Shown here: positions 10,723 through 20,666 of the stretch, one piece after another | Numbering within the stretch: position 1 is the first letter of the stretch | Layout: each line of letters opens with the position of its first letter | Assembly: GCA_016717305.1 (NCBI GenBank) | Contig: JADKFY010000002.1 | Span: forward strand, 346,351 to 410,350 | Source of the DNA: Flavobacteriales bacterium | Lineage (GTDB): Bacteria; Bacteroidota; Bacteroidia; Flavobacteriales_F; PHOS-HE28 | Direction of reading: 5' to 3' | DNA length: 64,000 bases | The notes under the pieces: generated by a model | What the model was told of the DNA's origin: nothing | The model's database searches: none | Seen by the model: the letters and a program-made list of their open reading frames with translations, nothing else | Position numbers and translations under genes: made by a program

Positions 10723-11990
10723 TCCGCGATAACACGACCTAAGCTGCGCATAGCACCGGAACTCGGGTCGAGGAACACGCACTGGTACACACCAGCACCC
10801 AAACTGCCGCGTTCGATCCGCAACGGTGAGGCGGGTACATTTCCGTGACGCAGCACCTCCCTGCCACTGGCATCCAACAAAAGCACGGTTGCACCTGCTT
10901 GCTGGGCGGACAGATCAACGGTGAAGTGGGTGCCGAATGCAGTTGGATAGGGTACGGGAAGGTCAGCGGCCTTCAATTCATCCGTTCCGATGAATGAGCC
11001 TTCAAGGGAATATGAATCGAACAAACAAGCGATGTAAAGCATGTTCCCGTTGGCGTGGAATTCCTCCTGGGAAAACAGATCTGCTTGGTCAACGATCCCG
11101 TCGTTGTAAGGCTCCCAATTGATCCCACCATTCAGTGTCCGGTAAATACCCAAGGTGCCCGACTTGGTGGTGGCGTAGAACTTGCCATCGAACGCGATCA
11201 GATCAGCACCGGCAACCGGCGCTGCCACAGGGTAGTTTACGCTAGGTGTCCATGTTGCGCCGCCATTCGTTGACCAGCGGGCCCCAAGAGACGTGATGGC
11301 GACGATCCTGTCATTCACGGATTGGACAGCAAATACAGCGAAATTGGCAGTTCCGGCTTGGTTCCAGCTCTGTCCGAAGTCTGTGGATTGCATTAGAGAT
11401 GTGCTGGTGGAGGCATACAAGGTGGTGCCATCCAACGCCAAATTATATACGGTCATGTTCGCACTGAGCCCACTGTATCCAGCGAGCCAGGAAGTCCCGT
11501 CATTGATGGTCCTGAAGATGCCACCACCCATGTTCAAGCTGTTCTGCACCATTCCAGTGTACACTACAAAAGTGGTATTCCCGAAGGTGTAGATCTTGTT
11601 CGCATAAAGATCATCGTTAACGGGCAAGCTAGCGCCGACCGGGCCATTTGCAGGTTCCCAACTGGCACCATCATTCAAGGACCTGTACACGCCTGACTGC
11701 GTTCCGCACAACAATGCAGTGGCACTGTGTCCCACGGAGCGAGCGTTCACACTCCCATTGGTAACGGGCAGTCCGTTGTTCACAATGGTCCATGTAGCAC
11801 CATCATCCGTGCTTTTACGCACACCGGTAGGGTATGTGGCCACGTATATGGCCCCATTGAAGGTGGTGATGCTCTGGCTGCCGGATACAGCCACAGGAGG
11901 GGCACCCACATTTAGATGTTCCCACTGGGCGTGTGCCATTGAAGTGATCAGAATAAGCGCGGCAACGGAAGCGTAACGTGCAAGGACCAT
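10719..11990 (-). CDS. BNR/Asp-box repeat beta-propeller protein with signal peptide and T9SS C-terminal sorting domain
   Basis: Six S-x-D-x-G-x-(T/S)-W Asp-box repeats (STDDGATW, SLNDGASW, TINDGTSW, STDFGQSW, STNGGATW, TLNGGINW). N-terminal signal MVLARYASVAALILITSMAHAQ. C-terminal 80 aa has T9SS sorting-domain character. Confidence 0.75.
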   Translation of the reverse strand: MVLARYASVAALILITSMAHAQWEHLNVGAPPVAVSGSQSITTFNGAIYVATYPTGVRKSTDDGATWTIVNNGLPVTNGSVNARSVGHSATALLCGTQSGVYRSLNDGASWEPANGPVGASLPVNDDLYANKIYTFGNTTFVVYTGMVQNSLNMGGGIFRTINDGTSWLAGYSGLSANMTVYNLALDGTTLYASTSTSLMQSTDFGQSWNQAGTANFAVFAVQSVNDRIVAITSLGARWSTNGGATWTPSVNYPVAAPVAGADLIAFDGKFYATTKSGTLGIYRTLNGGINWEPYNDGIVDQADLFSQEEFHANGNMLYIACLFDSYSLEGSFIGTDELKAADLPVPYPTAFGTHFTVDLSAQQAGATVLLLDASGREVLRHGNVPASPLRIERGSLGAGVYQCVFLDPSSGAMRSLGRVIAE

Positions 11991-12477
11991 GTGGTTCGGA
12001 TTTGGCGTAAAAGTAGGACTATTGGACTTTCCGAAACCGAACAGTTACCGTTCTTACCGATCGCTCTTCGTTCAAAACCATTGATCGGGTTCATCCGGGT
12101 AACCGTAACTTTGGTACGTGATCAAACGGGAAGGGATCGTGATCGGTGCATGGTGGCTATTGTTGCTTTTTGCAACATTGCTTGTTCCACGCGACCTCTT
12201 GCACCATTGTGCGGACGATCATGATACCGAGCTAGGGCATTCTTCGGAAACCGGTTCAGTCCATGGGTCTTGCTCGATCTGCCAAATGGCAGCCTCGGTC
12301 TTAGGGCCTCATGTTGAAGCGGTGTTCAGCGGTCCATTGCTTTCAATTCACTTGGAGCCGTCGATCATAGCGCACAGCTTTCCATTGGTCGACTTGGAAG
12401 CGTTGAGCGGAAGGGGGCCACCTCCTTTGGGCTGACCCCAACTGGGTCGTTTTGGGCTGGCTTGGCCTTAAAGTGCC

Positions 12478-14871
12478 GTGCCTACTTTCTTCAATTTCAG
12501 GGTTCTCCTTTTTCAGTCCGTTCGGATGCTGATACTTCGGCTTTGTGCTGTGACCTTCTTCTATTTCATCTCCTTCAGCTCGTTTGCGCAAAGAACACAG
12601 GCGGGTTGTGATCTTACACTGAGCGGCTCGGTGATCGATGAGCACGACAAGGATGGACTCTCCTTTGCGGAGATCTACTTGCCGGAATTGTCGCGTGGAA
12701 CCGTCGCTGATGAGAAGGGGCACTTCAGGATCGATGGGCTTTGTAGTGGGCGGCTGTTGGTCCGGGCCATGCATTTGGGTTGCGAACCTGTTGAACGGAT
12801 GCTCAACTTGACCAAGCACGAAGTGGTCCAATTCAAGTTGGAACACCACGCCCACGAGTTGAAGGAATTCGAGGTGGCGCGCAACCGGCCTGATGAGAAC
12901 GTGGGCCAAGCACGTAACGTATTGGACAAGGCCGATATGGAGAAGAATGGTGGTAGGAACATGGCGGAAATGCTCGGTCGGCTCCCTGGTGTCAATGTGC
13001 TTTCCACGGGCCCGACCATTGGCAAGCCGGTGATCCATGGGTTGAGCGGCAACAGGATATTGACCTTGAACCAAGGGATCCGTCAAGAAGATCAACAATG
13101 GGGTACGGAGCACGCACCCAACTTGGATCCCTTCAGCAGTGATCGTATTACCGTAGTAAAGGGGGCTGCAAGCGTGCAATACGGCAGTGATGCCATCGGT
13201 GGGGTGATCGTTACCGAACCGATCGCCCTTCCGCGGTCGGCTGGAATGAGCGGTGAACTGCGCGCAGGCGGCCAACTGAACGGGGCGGGTGGTGGTGGCA
13301 ACGCCATGTTGCAGGGTGGAATGAAAGGAGTTCGGGGTGTCGGTTGGCGCGTGCAGGGCAGTGGCAAGTTGCTCGGTGATTCCCGATCACCTTACTACGT
13401 ATTGAGTAATACTGGCATGAATGAACAGGGCTTTTCAGGCGGGATCGGATATCGGAACATGCGTTTCAATGTTAGCGGTTACTACAGTTGGTTCGCTCGT
13501 GAACTTGGGATACTTCGCGCTTCGCACATCGGCAACCTCACCGATCTGGAGAGCTCGATAACGACCGGAACGCCGTGGTATATAGATGACTTCACCTACA
13601 CCATTTCTTCACCAAGACAACGAGTACAGCACCACTTGGCCAAAACCGAACTGGGTTATGCCGTTAGCGACCGGGGCAGAATAGTGCTCACCTACGGTTT
13701 CCAAACCGATGCGCGCGCAGAGTACGACATTCGGAGGGGGAACAGAAGCGGGGTACCGGCATTGGACCTCTCCCTTACCTCACATACCGGTGAACTAGTG
13801 TTCAACCATTGGTTGGGGCGGAAAGTGCATGGTAAGATCGGAGGTAGCGGACTCTTCCAGCGGAACATCAACCAACCGGGCACGGGGATCCGTCCACTTC
13901 TCCCGAACTACGAGAAGAGGAGCGGGGGGGTATTCGTTGTCGAGCATTTTCCGCTATCGGAAAAGTTGGAATTGGAAGCGGGAGCCCGGTTGGAAGGGAC
14001 CTTCATCGAGGTGGCGAGGTATACGCAGGAAGGTTTGTACGAAAGGCCACATCACCAGTATGTGAACCATGCATTTTCCGCAGGTGCGAATTGGACCGTT
14101 AAGGATAGTGTTCGGTTGCGTGCGAATTTTTCAAGTGCATTCAGGCCACCGCATGTAAGTGAATTGTACAGTGAAGGTTTGCACCATGGGGCCGCAGCGA
14201 TCGAGAACGGCGATCGCCTTTTGGGCAGTGAACGGTCCACCAAAGCGACCTTGGATGTAGAAGCGCGTTGGTTCGGCGGTAAACTGCGCACGGATGTCAC
14301 CCTGTACGTTGACCGGATCAACAACTACATTTATTTACGCCCCAATGGTACAGCACTAACCATTCGTGGCGCATTTCCGGTATTCAATTATGTCGCGACC
14401 AACGCGAACCTTTACGGAATGGACGCCTCGTTGCAATATGCCTTCACACCTCGCTGGAGCTTGCGCTCGCGAACCAGCATTGTGCGTGGCCGCGATCTGG
14501 TACGGAATGAATGGCTGTTCCAGATGCCTAGTGACCGCACGGAGAACAGTTTGGTCTGGTCGAAGGAACGTGCGGGTAAATGGAGTGCCTTGGAGTTCGG
14601 GTTGATCAGTACCTACGTCGCACAACAGCTCCGCGTTCCGGCAGACTTGGACTACACAGCTCCGCCCGGATCGTACCACCTCGTGGGCTTTCAAGCCAGC
14701 GCTTCAAAGTCCATGGGAAAGCACGAACTCCGTTTCGGGGTGAACGGATACAACCTTTTCAACACAGCCTACCGCGATTACATGGATCGGTTCCGTTATT
14801 ACGCCGATGCTCGGGGTATGGACCTTGCGATCTGGTTACGTTTCAGCTTCGGCAAGAACAACAAGGACTGA
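12478..14871 (+). CDS. TonB-dependent outer-membrane receptor (CarboxypepD_reg-like N-domain + plug + 22-strand barrel)
   Basis: N-terminal LSGSVIDEHDKDGLSFAEIYLPE...GHFRIDGL (carboxypeptidase-regulatory-like), plug motifs (MAEMLGRLPGVNV, HGLSGNRILTLNQGIR), long barrel region. Likely true start at the internal Met of MLILRLCAVTFFYFISFSSFAQ (about 12526). Confidence 0.85.
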   Translation: MPTFFNFRVLLFQSVRMLILRLCAVTFFYFISFSSFAQRTQAGCDLTLSGSVIDEHDKDGLSFAEIYLPELSRGTVADEKGHFRIDGLCSGRLLVRAMHLGCEPVERMLNLTKHEVVQFKLEHHAHELKEFEVARNRPDENVGQARNVLDKADMEKNGGRNMAEMLGRLPGVNVLSTGPTIGKPVIHGLSGNRILTLNQGIRQEDQQWGTEHAPNLDPFSSDRITVVKGAASVQYGSDAIGGVIVTEPIALPRSAGMSGELRAGGQLNGAGGGGNAMLQGGMKGVRGVGWRVQGSGKLLGDSRSPYYVLSNTGMNEQGFSGGIGYRNMRFNVSGYYSWFARELGILRASHIGNLTDLESSITTGTPWYIDDFTYTISSPRQRVQHHLAKTELGYAVSDRGRIVLTYGFQTDARAEYDIRRGNRSGVPALDLSLTSHTGELVFNHWLGRKVHGKIGGSGLFQRNINQPGTGIRPLLPNYEKRSGGVFVVEHFPLSEKLELEAGARLEGTFIEVARYTQEGLYERPHHQYVNHAFSAGANWTVKDSVRLRANFSSAFRPPHVSELYSEGLHHGAAAIENGDRLLGSERSTKATLDVEARWFGGKLRTDVTLYVDRINNYIYLRPNGTALTIRGAFPVFNYVATNANLYGMDASLQYAFTPRWSLRSRTSIVRGRDLVRNEWLFQMPSDRTENSLVWSKERAGKWSALEFGLISTYVAQQLRVPADLDYTAPPGSYHLVGFQASASKSMGKHELRFGVNGYNLFNTAYRDYMDRFRYYADARGMDLAIWLRFSFGKNNKD

Positions 14872-14893
14872 TAAACTTAAGAAAGCACGACAA

Positions 14894-15457
14894 ATGAAAA
14901 TGAAATACCTCCTGATCGTTCTCGGAATGACCCTCGTTCATTCGGCCTGTAAAAAGAAGGACGACCCCATCGCGCCTATTGGGCCGGTCACCAATGAAGA
15001 AGAAGTCATCACGAACCTCACGCTCACGTTCACGGACCCATCGGATGCAACCGTACAATACCGGTTCCAATTCAACGATCAGGATGGAGAAGGTGGTGCC
15101 GACCCTGTGATCACTGCGGACACTCTGCCTTCCGACACAACCCTATTGCTTTCGCTCGCCTTGGCGAACGCAAGCGGGTCGATCACACAAGAGATCAGCA
15201 ACGAAGGCACGGACCATCAGTTCTTCTTCCAACGGACAGGAGTCCCTTTCTTCGTTGTGTACGCTGATGCGGATGCCAATGGCCTACCCATTGGGTTGAG
15301 CAATGTTGCATCCACCGGCGCGCCCGGAACAGGCACGTTGCTTGTGACCCTAAGGCACGAAGCGATAAAGGATGCACCTGATGTGTCCAGTGGCGATATC
15401 ACCAATGCCTTCGGGGAAACGGACATTGAAGTGCTTTTCCCCTTGGTGGTCGAGTAG
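14894..15457 (+). CDS. Small lipoprotein of unknown function, immediately downstream of the TonB-dependent receptor
   Basis: MKMKYLLIVLGMTLVHSACKKKDD has a lipoprotein signal and lipobox-like Cys. It lies 22 nt after the receptor stop. No recognisable family. Confidence 0.5.
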   Translation: MKMKYLLIVLGMTLVHSACKKKDDPIAPIGPVTNEEEVITNLTLTFTDPSDATVQYRFQFNDQDGEGGADPVITADTLPSDTTLLLSLALANASGSITQEISNEGTDHQFFFQRTGVPFFVVYADADANGLPIGLSNVASTGAPGTGTLLVTLRHEAIKDAPDVSSGDITNAFGETDIEVLFPLVVE

Positions 15458-15492
15458 TTGATCGTTCGATCAGCGCTCAGTGTTCCGTTCAA

Positions 15493-16017
15493 CTACTTGT
15501 CGAAGCCGTTCGGGAACTGCTGCTTCAGGGCGTTGATGCCGTCGCGTACTTTTGCGTCCTGGTCGGCTTTGAAGGCTTTCAGTTTTTCAGCGAGGATCTT
15601 ATCTGCCGTGGCCAGGATCTGCACAGCTAGGAGACCGGCGTTGCGTGCACCGTTCACCGCCACCGTGGCCACCGGCACACCTGCGGGCATTTGTACAATG
15701 GAGAGCAGTGAGTCCCACCCATCGATGGAATTGCGGCTCTTGATCGGCACACCGATCACTGGTAAAGTTGTAAGTGAAGCCACCATGCCGGGCAAATGCG
15801 CCGCCCCACCGGCACCGGCCACGATCACTTTCAGGCCCCGGTCCGTAGCGCCCTTCGCGAACGTGAACATCCGGTCCGGTGTCCGGTGTGCACTGATCAC
15901 CGTTAATTCATGAGCGATACCGAACTCCTTCAGGGTATCGGCGGCCTCACGCATGATCTCGAGATCACTCCGGCTGCCCATGATAATGCTTACCAAGGGT
16001 TGGTTCTTTTCACTCAT
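15493..16017 (-). CDS. purE: N5-carboxyaminoimidazole ribonucleotide mutase
   Basis: [15 protein letters not shown] ... [18 protein letters not shown] ... PVIGVPI is a canonical PurE. Confidence 0.9.
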   Translation of the reverse strand: MSEKNQPLVSIIMGSRSDLEIMREAADTLKEFGIAHELTVISAHRTPDRMFTFAKGATDRGLKVIVAGAGGAAHLPGMVASLTTLPVIGVPIKSRNSIDGWDSLLSIVQMPAGVPVATVAVNGARNAGLLAVQILATADKILAEKLKAFKADQDAKVRDGINALKQQFPNGFDK

Positions 16018-17167
16018 GTGGTGCAGTGCTTGGTATCACGTTACAGTGTTTTCGTGTGTTGCTGATCAAAGCATCAAGATCTAGTGGGTCAGTCGCGGTC
16101 ACGGTAATGTGTCCCATCTTCCGTCCATTCCTTGTACGCGCCTTGCCGTAGAGGTGAACGAAGGTGTTCTTTTTAGCAAGCAATTCGGTCATTCCCGGCA
16201 CCGTTGGAACACCGTCACCACCGGATCCCACGAGATTGATCATCGCCGCTGGTGATCGCAACATGGGATCACCCAAGGGCCAGCCCATGTAAAGGCGCAA
16301 CAACTGATCGAACTGGGAACTGCCGCACGCCTCAATGGTGTGGTGTCCACTGTTGTGCGCACGAGGAGCGGTTTCGTTCACCAACAGTTCGCCCTTGCGG
16401 TCCAGAAATAGTTCAACCGCATAGATCCCAGAAGCATTGAACGCCATGGCAACTTTACTTGCGAGGTCTTGAGCTTTTTGTGCTAAAGCGGGAGGGATCC
16501 GTGCTGGCGCACGCAAGTGGTCCACGAGGTTGTACTGCGGATCGAACACCATTTCAACTGGATCGTAGACCACTTGCACGCCAGATGCATCACGCACCAC
16601 CAGAACCGCGAGCTCCAGTTCGATCTCCACGCGCTGTTCGATCACGCAAGCGCAAGCGAAGGCCTGATCAATGTCCTTCAACCTGTTCAGTGGCATTACA
16701 CCTTTTCCATCATAGCCGCCGCTTCGGGTCTTCAGGAAAGCAGGGAGCAAGTGGGCATGTTGTTCATTTATTTCTGATGGAGCGCTGACCAATGCAAAGG
16801 GTGCGGTGGGAATGCGATGCTTTAAGTAGAATTCCTTTTGGAGCCCCTTGTCCTTGATGGTGTGCAACACGTCGGGGTCAGGTATTACCTGCTTCCCTTG
16901 GTGCTTCAGTTCGAGCAATGCTTCCACGGAAACATGTTCGATCTCGATACCCACCACGTCAGCATCCTTAGCGAAATGCAATACAGTATCCCGATCATTG
17001 AGGTCGCCTACTGCGAATTGATCCGCAAGTTGGGCACACGGCGCATTCGGGTCCGGGTCGAGGACGATCACATGTACGTTATAGCGCAAGGCATTTTCCA
17101 AGAACATCCGGCCCAGTTGGCCTCCACCCAAAATGGCGATCGTGCGCCTGCCTTCCATGGGTGCCAA
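16010..17167 (-). CDS. purK: N5-carboxyaminoimidazole ribonucleotide synthase
   Basis: ATP-grasp PurK signature ([13 protein letters not shown] ... ); overlaps purE by 8 nt. Confidence 0.9.
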   Translation of the reverse strand: MAPMEGRRTIAILGGGQLGRMFLENALRYNVHVIVLDPDPNAPCAQLADQFAVGDLNDRDTVLHFAKDADVVGIEIEHVSVEALLELKHQGKQVIPDPDVLHTIKDKGLQKEFYLKHRIPTAPFALVSAPSEINEQHAHLLPAFLKTRSGGYDGKGVMPLNRLKDIDQAFACACVIEQRVEIELELAVLVVRDASGVQVVYDPVEMVFDPQYNLVDHLRAPARIPPALAQKAQDLASKVAMAFNASGIYAVELFLDRKGELLVNETAPRAHNSGHHTIEACGSSQFDQLLRLYMGWPLGDPMLRSPAAMINLVGSGGDGVPTVPGMTELLAKKNTFVHLYGKARTRNGRKMGHITVTATDPLDLDALISNTRKHCNVIPSTAPHE

Positions 17168-17190
17168 AGATAGCGGGGTGGCGGGAGTGA

Positions 17191-17802
17191 TCAGCGCCTA
17201 CGATAGAACGACTTCTTGCGCTTGAATTGGACGAACCGATATCCTATGGTGAACTGCGCGGAACGATTCTTCAGGAATAGGGTTTCATCATTCCGCAAGG
17301 CGCGGGTCATGCCGCCATATGCGCGCAAACCAAGGTCCACTCCGGAGCGCAGATCCAGTCCGATCCCGCCAACGAAACCCATATCCATGGATCTGTATTG
17401 ATCGGTCACGTTGCTCTGGTCATCCCCAAGGCGTTCCCCCGCATGAAGTAGCCACCCGAACTGGTACCCGCCGGAGAAATGGAAGGCGTTGGATAGGTAG
17501 ACCTTGACGGTAACGGGCAGTTGGACGTACACCGAGCGCAATGTCCTTTGCGCACCTTCATTTCCACGGAACTCCGCTCCCATCATGGTCGCCAATAGTT
17601 CCGGTTGCAGTTCGACCCGAGGTCCAATGCCCCATGGGAAATAGAGCCCCATGGTGCCACCGACCAGTGGGGCGGGGCGTTGACCCAGGACCTTCGTACT
17701 GCTTAGTACTACTCCGCCTTTTAGGCCAAGTCCGGTCGACTGTGCTTGGGAAAGCGAGGAAAGTGCGAGGACCGGTATAAGGATGAATGCACGCACGTAC
17801 AT
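17191..17802 (-). CDS. Small outer-membrane beta-barrel protein (OmpA-like/OMP_b-brl family)
   Basis: Signal peptide MYVRAFILIPVLALSSLSQAQ; alternating hydrophobic beta-strand pattern over about 180 aa; no specific family recognised. Confidence 0.55.
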   Translation of the reverse strand: MYVRAFILIPVLALSSLSQAQSTGLGLKGGVVLSSTKVLGQRPAPLVGGTMGLYFPWGIGPRVELQPELLATMMGAEFRGNEGAQRTLRSVYVQLPVTVKVYLSNAFHFSGGYQFGWLLHAGERLGDDQSNVTDQYRSMDMGFVGGIGLDLRSGVDLGLRAYGGMTRALRNDETLFLKNRSAQFTIGYRFVQFKRKKSFYRRR

Positions 17803-17959
17803 GAAAATGGCACTTTGAACCCGTTCTTACGGAGAGGGACGATCAAGGTTCCAGCGAACTCCTCGTATTCGGCAAATTTGTGACCGAGGCCGATGGATCA
17901 ACAAATGACAAGGACCGGACACCAAGTCGAGGTGTCCGGTCCTGTTATGGCAGGATCGT

Positions 17960-20557
17960 TCAACGCCCTTGACGTAGCACTTCCACACGTTGGGTGTGGA
18001 TGGACGGGCCTTGTTGGATCTGCAAGAGATATACCCCTTCGGCAAGTGCCGAGAGGTCCATGGAGACCATTTCAGCATTCCCTTGCACGCTATGGGCGAG
18101 TCGCCCTTGAAGATCGAGGATGGAAATGGACGAACGTGTACTTGCGGGCAGGATCAGAGTCAATTTCCCGGAGGTCGGATTGGGATACAACATCACCTCG
18201 GTCGGAACGAGTTCTTCAAGGTCAGTGCTGGTGTCGATGATGATGCCATAGTCTTCAGTTTCCCCGTACACATAGTTGAAGCATGGATCGGTAGGGGATG
18301 GTTCGGTTCCTAGATGGAAAACGCCCCGGACTCTCATCCGAGTAGAACCAAGGACGGCATTGACCGGCACATTGAACGCCATGGAAACGACCTGGCCGGC
18401 CGCTGTTGTAGCCACCTCGCCGAGCTTCTCGGAAGCCTCAAAAACATCATCTTGATCGTAATCTATCCAAGCTGCATAGTTGTCCGCCTCGTATGAACCT
18501 CCTTCAATGAACAAGGTCTGGTCGGTGCCGACCCCGATCGGGGTGAATTGCGTGGCTACATAATTGTTGTAGGTCGGCCCATCGGTACCTCCTGTATTGC
18601 TGTTGTTGATCGCTGCGAGTTCCACGCCGTTGATATAATCACCATCCGCAGGGCCTGTAAGGGATGTTGGAATGCAAGGGCCTGCGATGGGAGTAGTGAT
18701 GGTGATCCCGTAATCCTCGGTCTCGCCATATGCGTAGTTGAAACAAGGATCGGTCGGTGTTGGTTCCCCGGTCCCGTGGTACACACCACGGACACGCAAA
18801 GTCGTTGTGCCCAAAGTAGCACCTGCAGGAACTAGGAAGTTGATCGCCTGTGTTTCACCGACAGTTGTAGTAGCAAATTCGCCCAGTTTCTCGGAAGCCT
18901 CGAAACTGTCGTCCTGATCGTAATCGATCCACGCTGCATAATTGTCGGGCTGAAAGTCGCCTGATGTAATAAAGATGGTTTGGTTGCTACCCCGGGCCAA
19001 CGAAGTGCTGAAGGAAGAAGTGTAGTTGGTATACGTCGGTCCGGTATTGCTGCCGCTGTTCACATTGTTGATCGTAACCAATTGCACCCCGTCGATGAAG
19101 TCGTCATCCGCTGTGCCATTCGCCGATGTGGGGATACAGGGACCAGTTACGGGCGTGGTGATCGTGATCCTGTAATCTTCCGTTTCACCAAAAGCATAGT
19201 TGAAGCAGGGGTCCGTCGGCGTTGGTTCTCCAGTGTTATGATAGACACCTCTTACCCTCAGGACGGTGTTGCCCAATGCAGCCCCGGCGGGTACCACGAA
19301 GTTTATCGCCTGCACTTGACCGATCGCGGTGGTTGCGAATTCACCGAGTTTCTCTGAAGCCTCAAAGGTCTCATCACCATCATAGTCGATCCATGCAGCG
19401 TAGTTGTCAGGTTGGTAATCTCCTGCAGTGATGGTTATGGTTTGATTACTGCCGCGTACCAATGAGGCTGAAAGAGTAGCAGTATAGTCGGTATAGCTCG
19501 GCCCGGTATTGCTGCCACTGTTCACGTTATTGATCGTACCCAATTGCACGCCATCAATGAAATCATCTTGGGTGGTCCCGGAGGTTGATGTGGGTATGCA
19601 GTAACCGGTCGGGGTGGATTGGCACGCATTGGTGTTCAGCAATTGGCTACGTACCCCGGTAAGGACACCGGCCATATAGCTGGACTGTTGATTGGTGAAC
19701 ATGCGTGTGCAGCTCGCGTAGTCCATGAAATTCTCATACTGCGTTAATGTCCCGCACTTCATTAGGTTCGTGTTCGAGCAGGAATAAGTTGGGCTGTCCG
19801 TGGTTGGTGTATCGGCGAAGCCATCCGCGTTAACGCAACCACCGTCATCATCGAAGGTGTGCTGGAGGCCGAAGTAGTGCCCGATCTCATGCGTGGCCGT
19901 GCGGTCGCCAGGTTCCGTTCCGTAGTCGTAGTCGATCACCAATCCATCAATGTTGCTTCCCACCACGCCACCAACTGGCAAGTACGCATAGCCCACGGTA
20001 ATGAAGCCACCTGTGGCACCACTTGCGATGTCGCATATCCAGATGTTCAAATAACGATCCGTGTCCCATGGAGCACGGCCATCGGGAGCCGATTTCATAT
20101 CGTTTGTCTCCGTGTCAGGATCGAACCACGTTTGTGTCGTTTGTGTTCGCGTGATCCCTGTGGTGGCAGCTCCGTTCGGGTCCACTTGGGCAAGGCAGAA
20201 GTTGAAACCGACATTCCCAATGCTGCTTGTAAATTGGGAACGCACACTTCCGATGTCCGTATTGCTCGCGGAATAGTCCGCGTTCAATTCGTCGATGATC
20301 GCTTGGATGGTTCCAGTGGAAACGTTTTCGGGGGTGGTATTGTAGACAACATGGACCACAACGGGAACGGTGTACGTGCCACCGCGCTGGACAAGATCAA
20401 CCCGGGGTAATGCATCAAGAAGGTTGGTGGACAAGCCTTGCGACTGCAAGTACTGTTGCGTGTGCTTCTGTGCACTGCAGGTCCGGTGTTGTTGGGACTG
20501 GGCATTCAAGACCGCAGCGGTGAACAGCAGGCCTCCGAGAAGTATGGTTCGTGTCAT
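17960..20557 (-). CDS. Secreted zinc metalloprotease (metzincin, M43/cytophagalysin-like) with three GEVED domains and T9SS C-terminal sorting domain
   Basis: HEIGHYFGLQHTF is the HExxHxxGxxH metzincin motif. Three repeats of about 125 aa each end in (F/Y)GE(T/V)EDY(R/G)ITI, the GEVED-domain signature. The C-terminus MLYPNPTSGKLTLIL ... GVYLLQIQQGPSIHTQRVEVLRQGR is a T9SS sorting domain. Signal peptide at the N-terminus. Confidence 0.85.
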   Translation of the reverse strand: MTRTILLGGLLFTAAVLNAQSQQHRTCSAQKHTQQYLQSQGLSTNLLDALPRVDLVQRGGTYTVPVVVHVVYNTTPENVSTGTIQAIIDELNADYSASNTDIGSVRSQFTSSIGNVGFNFCLAQVDPNGAATTGITRTQTTQTWFDPDTETNDMKSAPDGRAPWDTDRYLNIWICDIASGATGGFITVGYAYLPVGGVVGSNIDGLVIDYDYGTEPGDRTATHEIGHYFGLQHTFDDDGGCVNADGFADTPTTDSPTYSCSNTNLMKCGTLTQYENFMDYASCTRMFTNQQSSYMAGVLTGVRSQLLNTNACQSTPTGYCIPTSTSGTTQDDFIDGVQLGTINNVNSGSNTGPSYTDYTATLSASLVRGSNQTITITAGDYQPDNYAAWIDYDGDETFEASEKLGEFATTAIGQVQAINFVVPAGAALGNTVLRVRGVYHNTGEPTPTDPCFNYAFGETEDYRITITTPVTGPCIPTSANGTADDDFIDGVQLVTINNVNSGSNTGPTYTNYTSSFSTSLARGSNQTIFITSGDFQPDNYAAWIDYDQDDSFEASEKLGEFATTTVGETQAINFLVPAGATLGTTTLRVRGVYHGTGEPTPTDPCFNYAYGETEDYGITITTPIAGPCIPTSLTGPADGDYINGVELAAINNSNTGGTDGPTYNNYVATQFTPIGVGTDQTLFIEGGSYEADNYAAWIDYDQDDVFEASEKLGEVATTAAGQVVSMAFNVPVNAVLGSTRMRVRGVFHLGTEPSPTDPCFNYVYGETEDYGIIIDTSTDLEELVPTEVMLYPNPTSGKLTLILPASTRSSISILDLQGRLAHSVQGNAEMVSMDLSALAEGVYLLQIQQGPSIHTQRVEVLRQGR

Positions 20558-20666
20558 GCCGCGAAATTACCGTTCTGCAACGACCCATCATAGGGCGAAT
20601 GGTTGGGTTTTCAACCATGACCGTTGTTCTCTTCAAGTCATTCCGATAAGAAGGCGAATGATCCCT

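Noticed and set aside
12343-13275. Minus-strand ORF 12343..13275 (310 aa)
   Set aside because: It is antisense to the TonB-dependent receptor (plug motifs on the plus strand); no recognisable motifs.
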